64,000 bases of DNA from Mobula hypostoma (lineage: Eukaryota). The position numbers and the translations under genes are program-made. Below, piece by piece: positions 22,866 through 36,642 of the stretch. The DNA lies in the NCBI RefSeq assembly GCF_963921235.1, contig NC_086098.1, forward strand, positions 4,526,001 to 4,590,000. Direction: 5' to 3'. Every line of letters begins with the position of its first letter. The first letter of the stretch is position 1. Under the pieces are notes generated by a model that did no database searches, was not told the DNA's origin, and was given only the letters and a program-made list of their open reading frames with translations.

Positions 22866-24465
22866 CAGTGGATGCAAAAGTTTGGGCACCCCTGGTCAAA
22901 ATCTCTGTTACTATGAATAGCTAAGCGAGTAAAAGATGACCTGATTTCCAAAAGGTATATAGTTAAAGATGACACATTTCTTTAATACTTTAAGCAAGAT
23001 TACTTTTTATTTCTATCTTTTACAGTTTCAAAATAACAAAAAAGGAAAAGGGCCCGAAGCAAAACTTTGGGCACCCTGCATGGTCAGTACTTAGTAATAC
23101 CCCCCTTTGGCAAGTATCACAGCTTGTAAATGCTTTCTGTAGCCAGCTAAGAGTCTTTCAATTCTTGTTTGGGGGAGTTTCGCCCATTCTCCCTTGCAAA
23201 CGGCTTCTCGTTCTGTGAGATTCTTGGGCCGTCTTGCATGCACTGCTCTTTTGAGGTCTATGCACTGATTTTCGATGATGTTTAGGTCAGGGGACTGTGA
23301 GGGCCATGGTAAAACCTTCAGCATGCACCTCCTGAGTTAGTCCATTGTGGATTTTGAGGTGTGTTTAGGATCATTATCCTGTTGTAGAAACCATCCTCTT
23401 TTCATCTTCAGCTTTTTTTTTACAGGCGGTGTGACATTTGCTTCCAGAATTTGCTGGTATTCAATTGAAATGTTCCCCATGCCACTGGCTGCAACACAAG
23501 CCCAAAGCATGATTGATCCACCCCCATGCTTAACAGTTGGAGAGGTGTTCTTTTCATGAAATTCTGCACCCTTTTTTCTCCAAACATACCTTTGCTCATT
23601 GTGGCTAAAAAGTTCTATTTTAACTTCATCAGTCCACAGGACTTGTTTCCAAAATGCATCAGGCTTGTTTAGATATTCCTTTGCAAACTTCTGATGCTGA
23701 ATTCTGTGGTGAGGACACAGGAAAGGTTTTCTTCTGATGACTCTTCCATGAAGGCCATATTTGTGCAGGTGTCACTGCACAGTAGAACAGTGCACCACCA
23801 TTCCAGAGTCTGCTAAATCTTCCTGAAGATCTTTTGCAGTCAAACGGGGTTTTGATTTGCCTTTCTAGTGATCCTACGAGCAGTTCTCTCGGACAGTTTT
23901 CTTGGTCTTCCAGACCTCAACTTGACCTCTACTGTTCCTGTTAACTGCCATTTCTTAATTACATTAGGAACTGAGAAAACGGCTACCTGAAAACACTTTG
24001 CCATCTTCTTATAGCCTTCTTCTGCTTTGTGGGCATCATTTATTTTAATTTTCAGAGTGCTAGGCAGCTGCTTAGAGGAGCCCATAGCTGCTGATTGTTG
24101 GGACAAGGTTTGAGGAGTCAGGGTATTTATAAAGCTTTGAAATTTGCATCACCTGGCCTTTCCTAACGATGACTGTGAACAAGCCATAGCCCTAACAAGC
24201 TAATTAAGGTCTGAGACCTTGGTAAAGGTTATCTGAGAGCTCAAATCTCTTGGGGTGCCCAAACTTTTGCATAGTGCTGCTTTCTTTTTTTTCACTCTCA
24301 AATTGTACAAAACAAAAATAATACACTAATCTTGCTTAAAATGTAGAAAAGAATGTTTCATCTTTAACTTTATAACTTTTGGAGATCAGTTCATCTTCTA
24401 CTCACTTAACTATTCACAGTAACAGAAATTTTGACCAGGGGTGTCCAAACTTTTGCATGCCACTG
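22866..24465 (-). mobile_element. Tc1-family DNA transposon, IR/DR type, complete but decayed (1600 bp)
   Basis: TA flanks on both sides; ~210-bp TIRs starting cagtgg..gcaaaagtttgg each with inner and outer direct repeat; transposase pieces RSGRPRKLS and WPSQSPDLNIIEN. Confidence 0.95.
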
Positions 24466-24594
24466 TATCTCATTGAAAATATTCAGAGGACAAGTTGGGA
24501 TGAAGGCTATTAGGGTAATGGGTAGAGTAGCTGGTAAAACTGACAAAAAAAAAGACTTGCTATTCAAAAGACTATGATGACTTGAATGTCTTGA

Positions 24595-24972
24595 CCAAGT
24601 TCCTGCAATATACGGTGGTGTCTGAAGAGAGGATGCTGTCCAAGTTGCATGCCATCTTGGACAATGTCTCCCATCCACTACATAATGTACTGGTTGGGCA
24701 CAGGAGTACATTCAGCCAGAGACTCATTCCACCGAGATGCAACACAGAGCGTCATAGGAAGTCATTCCTGCCTGTGGCCATCAAACTTTACAACTCCTCC
24801 CTTGGAGGGTCAGACATCCTGAGTCAACAGGCTGGTCCTGGACTTATTTCCTAGCATAATTTACGTATTATTATTTAATTATTTATGGTTTTATTACTAT
24901 TTAATTATTTATGGTGCAACTATAACGAAAACCAATTTCCCCCGGGATCAATAAAGTATGACTATGACTATA
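24595..24972 (+). mobile_element. Rex1/Babar-type LINE 3' end
   Basis: ILDNVSHPLH...RCNTERHRKSFLPVAIKLYN, aataaa and (gactat)n tail. Confidence 0.8.
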
Positions 24973-25004
24973 CAGTATCTGACAGAATCACAGAACATTA
25001 TATG

Positions 25005-25270
25005 GACACCATGGTAGCGCAGTAGTTAGCGTGATATATTAAAACCCGTGTCAGAGTTAGGAGTGCAATTCTGTAAGAAAGTTTGTATGCCCTTTCTGTG
25101 TACGTCTGAGTTTCCTCCAGGTTCCCACAAAGGCCTACCAATGAGCAGGGTAATTTGCCATTGTGAATTATCCAATGAAAAGGCTGGGCTTACATAGGTG
25201 GGTTGCTAGGCAGTGCGGCTCATTGGGCCAGAAGAGCCTATTCCGCACTGTATCTCTAAATAAAATAAAC
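25005..25270 (+). mobile_element. V-SINE (HE1-like), decayed; a second copy at ~25460-25690
   Basis: tRNA-like head ggtagcgcagtagttagc, decayed V core, tail ctgtatctctaaataaaataaa. Confidence 0.6.
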
Positions 25271-27515
25271 GTTTACATCTCAAGTCTATTGATTCTTATT
25301 GTGCTTGTACTGGTCAAAAAAGATCTGCTCAATTTAATTCCAGTTTGCAAAACTGCATCCCTGGCCCTGCAGCCAATGCCCGTTCAAGAATGTTTTTTGA
25401 ATGTGAGTGAAGTTTTCTACTTTGAAGAACCGAAGTTCTAGCGGTATGAAGTAGCAATGGGTGGCTCTGTAACAACAGTTAACATAATGCTATAACAGCA
25501 CCCACAGCCTGGATTCATTCCTGTTGCTGTCTCTGAGGAGGTTTGGACATTCTTCCTGTCACTGTGTGGGTTTCCTCTGAGTGCTCTGGTTTCCTCCCAC
25601 AGTCCAAAGTTGTACAGGTCAGTAGTTTATTTGGTCACATGGGTGTAATTGGGCTGAAAGGGCCAGTTATTGCACTGTATCACTAAAATAAAAAGAAATC
25701 AGCAAAGTGCCTTAGAACTCAAAAGTTCAAAGTAAATTTACTATAGAAGTACATATATTGTATGTCACCATATACAACCCTGAGATTCATGCTCGTGGGC
25801 ATCCGCAGTAAATCCATAATAGGAGTAATAAAAAACTTCTCGAAAAGAAAAGCCCACCCAATGTTTTCCCAGTAGACTAGGCAAAGGCTGAATTCTTTAA
25901 GGTGAGTGTATAAACAAAATCTAATCTGTTATAAGTTGAGTCCTGTTTTGCTGAGATAAGACATGGAACTGTTTTGTGCACATAGATGCCCAAAGTGCCT
26001 CTGATCAGTGGAGTTGATTATGACAGACGACTGGAGGCCAAATCAATGAGTATATTGAATGCAGAGGCTGATAGGTTCTTGATTAGTCAGGGTGTCAAAG
26101 GTTACGAGGAGAAGGAAGGAGAATGGGATTGAGAGGGATAATAAATCAGCCATGATCAAACGGCAGAGCAGACTCGATGGGCCGAATGGCCTAATTCTGT
26201 TTTATGGTCTTATGAATAACACTGCAAGGGAAATGGTACATTTGGTAGCTGGGTCAACAATGCAACCAGTGAGGTCTTCCCTAACTGATGACATTTAGGG
26301 CTGGAAAAGAAGGAAAATTAACAACAGATCAGGTATAGTAAGATAAAAGAGCGATTCAAGAGGAGAGAAAGGAGGGGCAGGTGAAGAAGCAACTTCAAAG
26401 TCATATTTGAAAAATGTCCAACAATATGAAAACAGAATATAAATCAGTAGTGGATTTTGCAGTTTTCTTTCAGGACGTTTCAAAGTACGTTGTAACAATG
26501 AAGTATATTTGAGGTTGTGAATAATTATCAGTACCAACTCCAGGTGGATTGATTGGAATCTAAACCACTGCAGTTAAATAACCAGCTTCATGCTAATAAT
26601 TAATAGCCTTGAGTTGCAGTTGGTTTAAGTCTTATCTCTTGTGCAAGTGCAAACATTCAGTGCAAGGTATCAGAGTGATGGGAGCAGGATTTCTGATTTC
26701 TGTGCTATTTGTGGAAAGGGGCAGCTTTTGGAAATGGAACTTAATTAAGCCTAGCATCCCTACTCGGGTATAGGCCACCAACAGCAGCTTGCCAGAGTCC
26801 TCTATCCCGGGCCTGCCTTTCAGGTTCTCTCCAGGTGTAGCCCACCTTCAAAGATCAGTCTGCTGCACAGAATGGCATGCTGGCGAGGAAGGCCCTCCTT
26901 CCCGGGGAGCAGGCACTGTCTGGCCGCAGTTGATGTGAGGAAGAACCTAGCCGGGGTCAACCCATGTAAAGCTGCTGAGCCTGATAAACATACCCAGTCA
27001 GATGCTGAGAGACAGTGCAGCCCAGTGAACTGCGGAACTGCATAAACATACCCAGTCAGATGCCAAGGGAAGGTGCAGCCCAGTTAACTGCGCTTCTAAC
27101 AAACATCTTTCCGGAACAGTTCACTGTACTTTCAGGCTTCAAGGTGGCCACCATCATCTTGGTGCCAAAGAGAGTGACAGTAACTTGCCTCAGTGACTAC
27201 CATCCAGTGGCATTGCCCTCAACGATAGTGAAGTGGTGGATTGCATTAAATTTCATCTTCCTGCGACATTCCAGTCCACCTATTGCTCAAATCAGTCTAA
27301 AGATGATGCCATAATTTCTGCACCCCACTCCGTCCAGTTCCACTTGGAAAATGATGCCACAACTACCAGAATGCCGTTTACCATCGTCAGCACAGTGTTT
27401 AACACGATCATCTCTCAGAAAACTGGTGGGTAAACTATCCTTGTTGGGTCTCAACACCTCTTTCTGTAACTGGATCCTGGACTTCTTGTCAGACCATGTT
27501 GGCAGAAACATCATG

Positions 27516-27821
27516 CTGAGCACTGGTACTCCCCATGGCTGTGTACTCAGTCCACGACTGTTCACACTGAGCACTGGTACTCCCCATGGCTGTGTACTCA
27601 ATCCACGACTGTTCACACTGAGCACTGGTACTCCCCATGGCTGTGTACTCAGTCCACGACTGTTCACACTGAGCACTGGTACTCCCCATGGCTGTGTACT
27701 CAATCCACGACTGTTCACACTGAGCACTGGTACTCCCCATGGCTGTGTACTCAGTCCACGACTGTTCACACTGAGCACTGGTACTCCCCATGGCTGTGTA
27801 CTCAATCCACGACTGTTCACA
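27516..27821. repeat. Tandem repeat 6 x 51 bp (3 x 102-bp higher-order unit)
   Basis: Unit ctgagcactggtactccccatggctgtgtactcaRtccacgactgttcaca; R alternates G,A,G,A,G,A. Confidence 0.97.
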
Positions 27822-28223
27822 CTGCTGGACCCAGTTCGAACCAAATCATCAGGTTCACTGATGACACAATAGTGATTGGCCTCAACAACTGCGACATGAC
27901 AGTGTACAGAGAGGAGATAGAGCAGCTGGTAGAATGGTGTGAGCAAAACAGCTTCATTCTCAACGTGGACAAGACCAAAGAGATGATTGTGGACTTTAAG
28001 AAGGTGCAGGCTGACCTCTCCTTGCTGTGCATAATAGACTCCTCCATGGAGAGAGTTGGGAGCACCAAGTTCTGGGAGTGCACACAATAGATGACTTAAC
28101 CTGGTCCCTCAACACCACCTCGCTGGTCAAGAAAGCAGAGCGGCATCTCACTTTCTGAGGAGAGAGGCTCCCCTCCCACCCCCATTCTGACCTGCTTTTA
28201 CAGGAGCACCATTGAGAGTGTCC

Positions 28224-30012
28224 ATAAGACCATAAGACAAAGGAGCAGAAGTAGGCCATTCGGCCCATCGAGTCTGCTCTGCCATTTTATCATGAGCTGA
28301 TCCATTTTATCCTATTTAGTCCCACTGTCCCGCCTTCTCACCATAACCTTTGATGCCCTGGCTACTCAGATACCTATCAATCTCTGCCTTAAATACACCC
28401 AATGACTTGGCCTCCACTGCCGCCCATGGCAACAAATTCCATAGATTCACCACCCTCTGACTAAAAAATTTTTTTCGCATTTCTGCTCTGAATGGGCGCC
28501 CTTCAATCCTGAAGTCATGCCCTTTCGTACTAGACTCCCCCATCATGGGAAACAACTTTGCCACATCCACTCTGTCCATGCCTTTTAACATTCGAAATGT
28601 TTCTATGAGGTCTCCCCTCATTCTTCTAAACTCCAAGGAATACAGTCCAAGAGCAGACAAACGTTCCTCATATGTTAACCTTCTCATTCCCGGAATCATT
28701 CTAGTGAATCTTCTCTGTACCCTCTCCAACGTCAGCACATCCGTTCTTAGATAAGGAGACCAAAACTGCCCACAGTACTCCAAGTGAGCTCTCACCAGCG
28801 CCTTATAGAGCCTCAACATCACATCCCTGCTCCTATACTCTATTCCTCTAGAAATGAATGCCAACATTGCATTCGCCTTCTTCACTACCGACTCAACCTG
28901 GAGGTTAACTTTAAGGGAATCCTGTACGAGGACTCCCAAGTCCCGTTGCATCTCAGAACTTTGAATTCTTTCCCCATTTAAATAATAGTCTGCCCATTTA
29001 TTTTTTCTGCCAAAGTGCATAACCATACACCTTCCAACATTGTACTTCATTTGCCAGTTCTCTGCCCATTCTTCCAATCTATCCAAGTCTCTCTGCAGAC
29101 TCTCCATTTCCTCAGCACTACCGGCCCCTCCACCTATCTTCGTATCGTCAGCAAACTTAGCCACAAAGCCATCTATTCCATAATCCAAATCATTGATGTA
29201 CAACGTAAAAAGAAGCGGCCCCAACACGGACCCCTGTGGAACACCACTGGTAACCGGCAGCCAACCACAATAGGATCCCTTTATTCCCACTCTCTGTTTC
29301 CTGCCAATCAGCCAACGCTCTATCCACGTATGTAACTTTCCTGTAATTCCATGGGCTCTTATCTTGTTAAGCAGCCTCATGTGTGGCACCTTGTCAAAGG
29401 CCTTCTGAAAATCCAAATATACAACATCCACTGCATCTCCCTTGTCTAGCCTACTGGTAATTTCCTCAAAAAATTGTAATAGGTTTGTCAGGCAGGATTT
29501 TCCTTTAAGGAATCCATGCTGAGTTCTGCCTATCTTGTCATATGCCTCCAGGTACTCTGTAACCTCATCCTTGACAATCGACTCCAACAACTTCCCAACC
29601 ACCGACGTCAAGCTAACAGGTCTATAATTTCCTTTTTGCTTCCTTGCCCCCTTCGTAATAGCGGAGTGAAATTTGCAATATTCTAGTCTTCCGGAACCAT
29701 GCCAGAATCTATCGACTTTTGAAAGATCATCGCTAATGCCTCGGCAATCACCACAGCTACTTCCTTCAGAACACGAGGGTGCATTCCATCTGGTCCAGGA
29801 GATTTATCGACCTTTAGCCTATTCAGCTTCCTGAGTACTTTCTCTGTTCTAATGTGACTGCGCACACTTCTCTTCCCTGCCACCCTTGAGTGTCCAGTAT
29901 CCTGCTGTTTTCCTCAGTGAAGACTGATGCAAAATACTTGTTCAATTCCTCTGCCATCTCCTCATCTCCCATTACAATTTCTCCAGTATCATTTTCTATC
30001 GGTCCTATATCG
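28224..30012 (-). mobile_element. CR1 LINE, 5'-truncated, nested in Rex1/Babar
   Basis: RT ORF 28316-29611 with FADD; GTCC duplicated at both junctions; host reads through as gagagtgtcctgatcagc. Confidence 0.95.
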
Positions 30013-30702
30013 GTCCTGATCAGCTGCATCACTGTGATACAGGAATTGCAAGGCATCTGACCACAAGTCCCCACAAAGGATTGTGAGGACTGCTGAGATG
30101 ATCACCAGGGCCTCTCGTCCACCCATTGGAGATACTTACCTGCTGCACTTCATGCACAGGGCTCTTAGAATTGTCAATGATTCCCCCCCCCACCTGTTCA
30201 ATAATCTCCCTGACCCCCTACCACCAGGCAAGATGTACTGTAGCATTATCAGTGATCCCTCCCGCCACCACCTGTGCAGCAACCTCCCTGACTCCCTACC
30301 ATCAGGCAGAAGGTACTGTAGCGTTAACACAAGGGCTGTTAGGATGGGAAGCAGCTTCCTCCCCCTTTCCGTGAGACTACTGTGCAGAGGAAGTCAGAAA
30401 TCAATCAGCCAATGCCTTGATGATATATAAGTGTTTAATTTTCATTCCATGCTAGTACAGTATGTTTTGAATCTCATCATAACGATCTCATCACATATGA
30501 AATGCCAATAGCATTATACCGTTTGTTTTTTAGCTTGTGTCGTATATGCATCTTTTTGTTTGTCGTCATACTGGTCTATGTGTTATGTGTGTGAGTTATG
30601 CACTTTGTTCCTGAGGAACATGGTTTCATTTGATGGATTGGAGCTTCTGTTGGCGTTTCGGTAGCTCTGGGTTTTTACGAGATGGGGTTGCTAGCCCTAT
30701 GC

Positions 30703-30757
30703 CCAACCCTCCACCTTTCACAGCTGGGCTCGCGACCATCCATGGTGAGTTATTTGG
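30703..30757 (-). ncRNA. Twister-like ribozyme remnant at the head of an RTE-type fragment (~30640-30757)
   Basis: CCAA-A-UAA-CUC-ACC-AUGGA-UGG-UCGCGAGC-CCA...GGUG-GAGGG-UUGG: P1 CCAA/UUGG, P4 UGG/CCA. Confidence 0.6.
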
Positions 30758-31026
30758 ACGTGGAAATTTAACTGGAATTCTGCCCCTGTGGTCAGATGCA
30801 TGTATAAGGACGAGTGTGTGCCAGCAGCCTCACTGTTAGCTTGACAGCAAAATCTAACCCATATCCCTACGTCTCTGTATCTACCCTATCATTAGCCGGA
30901 TCAAATCGATTTCTGTCTCTGATTCTAACGACAGCTATGTCTTGTGACCAGGGAGTCAGAAATCAATCAATCCTCGATGATATGAATGTTTCATTTTCAG
31001 TACACGATGGTATGTTTATTTTATTT

Positions 31027-31330
31027 AGAGATAAATCCAGAACGAGGGGTCACAGTTTGAGGATAGAGGGGAAGCCTTTTAGGACCGAGATTAGGAAAAA
31101 CTTCTTCACACAGAGAGTGGTGAATCTGTGGAATTCTCTGCCACAGCAAACTGTTGAGGCCAGTTCATTGGCTATGTTTAAGAGGGAGTTAGATATGGCC
31201 CTTGTGGCTACAGGGGTCAGGGGGTATGGATGGAAGGCTGGGTTCTGAGTTGGATGATCAGCCACGATCATAATAAATGGCGGTGCAGGCTCGAGGGGCC
31301 AAATGGCCTACTCCTGCACCTATTTTCTAT
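31027..31330 (+). mobile_element. CR1 3' fragment
   Basis: SRTRGHSLRI..KNFFTQRVVNLWNSLP plus CR1 3' hairpin. Confidence 0.9.
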
Positions 31331-32369
31331 AACACACAGAACAGGTCCGTCCTTCCCTTTGAATTGTGCTGCCCAGCAAACCCTGAATTAGCCCTGTCCT
31401 AATCATAGGACAATTTACAATGATCAATTAATCTATTAACCCAGGGGTTCCCATAGATTCATCTTTGGACTGTGGGAGCGGTAATGAGGTTGTTGTCACA
31501 TACTAGTGCATGGAACAGGCTGCTGGCGGCGATGTTGGAGGTGGATATGATAGGGTCTTTCAAGAGACTCCCGGACAGGTACATGGAGCTTAGAAAAATA
31601 GATGGCTATGGGTAACACTAGGTAATTTCTAAAGTAAGTACATGTTCGGCACAGCATTGTTCTGTAGGTTTCCTATGTTTCTATAATCCTTTGGGAAAGC
31701 AATGGATGTTAATTTTCACTCCAGAATTCTGAAGTCTGAATTTTGATACAATTTTAATTTAAATTCAACTATTGGTAAAAGCATTATACCTTGATGCTTT
31801 AAGGGGCTAAGAATAGATGGTTTACCAATTGGCACTGGGTGCCTATCTGATTTTGTTCCTCTAGAGTCAATCAAACAAACATGGTAGCGTACAATGGATA
31901 AATTCATCTGTTGTTAACTATTAGGAACCAATACACCGTTTTATAGAATTGGTAGAGTTCCAATTTTTCCCTTAATTCATTTAAACACATAATTTGTTAC
32001 TCATTTTGTCTCTTTCATGCCTTTTTAACTACAAAGTTTGTATTTCCATTGGCTAATTGAGGTGGTCACTTAATTGGGCCAAAATGCACTGGCCCAAAAT
32101 GTCCCAATTAATTGGAATCTACTGCATATGGTATGATAATGAAATAATAATTAGAATGTTAGCATACCTTGGTCACAATATCCAAGTTACTGAACATGCA
32201 GAGACTATTTATGCATGCACTTTAAAGCTTTCTTGGAAAGAACAACTATTTAATGTTCTTAATGGAGATACGTGAGGTAAAGGAATTACAGTCTCAAATG
32301 TTCTGTATCTAATATTTTGCTACTTCTTTTCTTCCCATTCATCAGCGTTAAACCCAAGAATATATAAAT

Positions 32370-32590
32370 ACAGGAGATTCTGCAGATGCTGGAAAACCAG
32401 ACCAACAGGCACAAAATGCTGGAGGAATTAAACAGGTCAGGCAGCATCTGCAGATTTTCTCTTGTTTGTGAATAAGCAGTTGATATTTAGGCCCGAGTCC
32501 TGATCAGCCTGAAACATTAACTCTTAATTCCTCTTCCATAGATGCTGCCTGACCTGCTGAGTTTCTCCAGCAGTTTGTGTGTGTTACTCA
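32370..32590. mobile_element. Penelope-like inverted pLTR remnant
   Basis: tgctggaggaattaaacaggtcaggcagcatct ... agatgctgcctgacctgctgagtttctccagca inverted pair. Confidence 0.7.
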
Positions 32591-32977
32591 AGAATACATA
32601 ATTTGGTTAGAGTGCAATTGACATAAAAATACCGAACTCCATTTTGTTGACTGACAAAAAAATACATTATTTTACTACAGAATTGCTTTGAAAATACATC
32701 ATATTTTGGTGTGTTGGCACTTTAGGTTAATGAGTTGGGGATGAGCTTTCATTGCGAATGAATATAGATCTGGCATTTTAGTCGTTGAACTGAAATATTT
32801 TGTATCTGTGCTGCTTAAATCTTGTAGTTTACATGAATAATTCATTCAGATGTTACAAACAAAAGAGACCAAGTTGCATGTAATATCATTATTTTGATGA
32901 ATTGTTTCTGTAACTTAAAATAAAAAGTGATATTCTGCAATTACTGCTGCTTGCATTTCTTCATCATGTTATAAATA

Positions 32978-33508
32978 TAAGACCATAAAACCATAAGATA
33001 TAGGAGCAGAATTAGGCCATTTGGACCATCAATTTTGCTCCACCATTTCATCATGGCTGATCCATTTTCCCTCTCAGCCCCAGTCTCCTGCCTCCTCCCT
33101 GTATCCCTTCATGCCCTGACTAATCATAAATCTATCAACCTCTGCCTTAAAGATACCCAATGACTTGCCCTTCACCACCTCCTGTGGTAACAAATTCCAC
33201 GGATTCATCATTCTTTAGTTAAAAAATTCCTCCTCATCCCTGTGCTAAAAGGATGCCACTCTATTCTGATGCTGTGTCCTCTGGTTTTACGATTTCCCTA
33301 CTATAAGAAACATCCTCTCCTCATCCACTCTATCAAGGCCTTTCACCATTCGATCGGTTTCAATGAGGTCACTCCTCATTCTTCTGAATTCCAGTGAATA
33401 CAGGCCCAGAGCCATCACACGCTCCTTTTAATCCTAGAATCATTTTCATGAACCTCCTTCGAACCTTCTCTAGTGTCAGCATATCCTTTCTTAGATAAGG
33501 GGTCCAAA
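32978..33508 (-). mobile_element. CR1 3' fragment
   Basis: Colinear with the 3' ends of the other CR1 copies; taagaccataa tail. Confidence 0.9.
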
Positions 33509-33894
33509 GTGAATGAAAAGAGCATTGAGAATGTTTAACTTCCCTATCCAGTTATTTATTAAATAATTGGCTCTTCTACTTTACTAAGATCCCTCTGTTA
33601 GCAACTTGCTGCCATTATTTCTGTATTTCACACTGGCTCATTTGAAATTATATTTCCTTATTCTATGTTCACAGTTTGAGATAATTTTCTGAATGTGTTA
33701 CTTCTATAGAACAGCACAGTACAGGCTCCCCGGCTCACAATGTTGTGATGACCTTTAAATTTTCTCCAAGGTCAATTTGCCTACTTTTACCTCACAGTTA
33801 TCTCCATCCAGGAGAGAAAAGGGTGGCGTTACTTTGTTTTTATCCTATACAGTTTTCTGATGTGGAATTATATAGAAGACTACAGCACAGAAAC

Positions 33895-34063
33895 TGTCAC
33901 AAAATGCTGGAGGAACTCAGCAGGTCGGGCAGCATCCGTGGAAAAGATCGGTCGACATTTCGGACCGGAACCCTTCGTCCTGATGCTGCCCGACCTGCTG
34001 AGTTCCTCCAGCGTGTTGTGAGTGTTGCTTTGACCCCAGCATCTGCAGATTATTTTGTGTTTA
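33895..34063. mobile_element. Penelope-like inverted pLTR remnant
   Basis: Near-perfect ~31-bp inverted repeat 33906-33936 / 33982-34012 flanking a minus-strand partial hammerhead (gacgaagggttccggtccgaaatgtcgac). Confidence 0.8.
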
Positions 34064-35924
34064 CGAGCACAGAAAGTGGTCCTTTGGCCCATCGAGTTCA
34101 TGCCAAACCAATTAAACTACATAGTTTAAATGACTATAGCCCTGCATACCCCTCCTATCCATGCATCTATCCAAACTTGCGACTCTTTTCTGAAATATAT
34201 CGGGAGCATCAGGGCCTCTGAGTCTGCCTGCTTCCAACCCTTCGAAGTTCAAAGTAAATTTATCATGTGTCACCATATACAACCCTGAGATTCACTTTCA
34301 TGCAGCCATTCACTGGAGAACAAAGAAATCCAATAGAATCAATGAAAAATTACCCACAAAGACCGACTAACAACCAATGTGCAAAAGAAGACAAACTTTG
34401 CAAATACAATAAATAAATAAAACTGAGAACATGAGTTGTAGAGTTCTTGAAAGTGGGTCCTTTGGTTGTGACCCTTTCAAAACAATTGGTCTTGGAGGTT
34501 GTAAGTGCTACAGGACAATAATCATTGACACAGACACCATGCTGTTCCTGGGTACCGGTGTGACTGGAGCCTGCTTGAAGCAGGTGGGTACCTCAGACTG
34601 CCAAAGTGAGAGATTAAGGATCTCGGTGAACACTCCAGCCTGTCGATTACTCTGAACCAGAGCGAAAGTAATGAGCCAGTTTTACTCTAGCTCATATGAG
34701 ACTATATTTCCTTATTCTACTTTCACTGTCTGAGATCATTTACTGAATGAGTCACTGTCGTAGAACACAGAACATTATTGACGTAATTTAGTGAATGGTT
34801 CACTGTCATAGCACAGTACAGATCCTTTGGCCCACAATGTTGTGCTGACCTTTTAACCTACTTTTACTCCACAGTGACTTACTCCAGAGGAGAGAGGAGT
34901 GAAGTTTCTCCTGTTTTACCCCGCACGGTTTGGTGATATGTCACACTTTTCTGAAGTATCTGTGCTTTCACTTTGCCTCTTTACCTCACCTGACAGGCAA
35001 TACGATATGCCTAGGGCTGAATGGGGCACTCAAAACTCCTCGGGTTGTTCTCCATAGTAAAATAGAACTATTTTCTTTCTACTGAAAGAGAGATAATCCT
35101 GTGTGGCACTGAATTCAGAAAATGGGAAATCAAAACCAAAATATCACTAATTATGGATGGAAATCTGAAATAAATAAATTGACATTGATTCTAATTAACA
35201 TTGATTCTAATTAACATTAATTAAAAGAACTGAAATTGTTTCTCTCTCCATGAATGCTATATAAACAATTCAATTATTCCACAGAGAATTCGCACAACAA
35301 AGAAAATCAAAACAATGTTGCTTTTACCTTATATTTTATAAAATTCAAAGTAACAATCACAACACCACAAGAAATTAAAGCAGAAATTCAAAAGTTATAA
35401 ACATCTTTTTAAAATCTATTGAATCCTGAGGTATTTAACCAAGAGGACAAAACACTCATCAGAATCGGGTTTATTGATCACTGATATACGTTATGAAATT
35501 TGTTGTTTTGCAGCAGCAGTACAGTGTAAGACAAAAGGTTACCTACAAGTGACAATAAGAAAGAAAGAAATCGTGCAAGAGGGGAATTGTAAGGTTTGTT
35601 CTCGTGTTCACTGTCCATTCAGAAATCTGATGGCGGAGGGGAAGAAGCTGTTCTTAAGACATTGAGAGTGCGTTTTCCGGCTCCTGTACCTCTTCCTTGA
35701 TGGTAGAAATGAGAAAGGGGCATGTCGATGAAGGTGACAGTCCTAACAGTGGATACTGCCTTGATGAGCCACTGTCTTTTCAAGATGTTCTTGATGGCAG
35801 GGAGGGTTGTTCCTCTGATGGAGCTGGCTGAGTTTACACCCCTTCGCAGCTTTTTCTGATCCTGTGTAATGGCACCTCCATAGCAGAGGGCGATGCAAAT
35901 AGTCAGAATGGTTTCCAAGGTACT

Positions 35925-36465
35925 GATAGAAACCATAGAAACATTACAGCACAGAAACAGGCCTTTTGGCCCTTCTTAGCTGTGCCGAACCATTTTCTGC
36001 CTAGTCCCACTGACCTGCACACGGACCATATCCCTCCATACACCTCCCATCCATGTATCTGTCCAATTTATTCTTAAATGTTAAAAAAGAACCCGCATTT
36101 ACCACCTCGTCTGGCAGCTCATTCCATACTCCCACCACTCTCTGTGTGAAGAAGCCCCCTCTAATGTTCCCTTTAAACTTTTCCCCCCTCACCCTTAACC
36201 CATGTCCTCTGGTTTTTTTCTCCCCTTGCCTCAGTGGAAAAAGCCTGCTTGCATTCACTCTATCTATACCCATCTTAATTTTATATACCTCTATCAAATC
36301 TCCCCTCATTCTTCTACGCTCCAGGGAATAAAGTCCTAACCGATTCAACCTTTCTCTGCAACTGAGTTTTTCAAGTCCTGGCAACATCCTTGTAAACCTT
36401 CTCTGCACTCTTTCAACCTTATTAATATCCTTCCTGTAATTTGGTGACCAAAACTGAACACAATA
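35925..36465 (-). mobile_element. CR1 3' fragment (second family) nested in a Rex-type 3' fragment (~35460-36560)
   Basis: ORF 36001-36471 YCVQFWSP..LERRRMRGDLIEVYKI..TRGH. Confidence 0.9.
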
Positions 36466-36642
36466 GTACATCTGTAGAATTTTGCTAGAGTCTTTGGTGA
36501 TGTACCAAATGTCCTCAAACTTCTAATGAAGTAGAGCTGCCGACGTGCCTTCTTTGTGCTGAAGACAATTTGGAATTTTGTGCATTAGGTGCCACACTTC
36601 GTGGAATGAGAGGCAGGATAGACAAGGGTATGATGTAAATGT

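Larger units (their letters stand above)
26860..30385 (+). mobile_element. Rex1/Babar-type LINE, decayed, interrupted by a CR1
   Basis: [53 protein letters not shown]; sequence resumes at 30013 after the nested CR1. Confidence 0.85.

Noticed and set aside
27516..27821. CRISPR-like regular array (also 2881-3040)
   Set aside because: Units are contiguous with no unique spacers, derive from LINE/SINE sequence, and there are no cas genes
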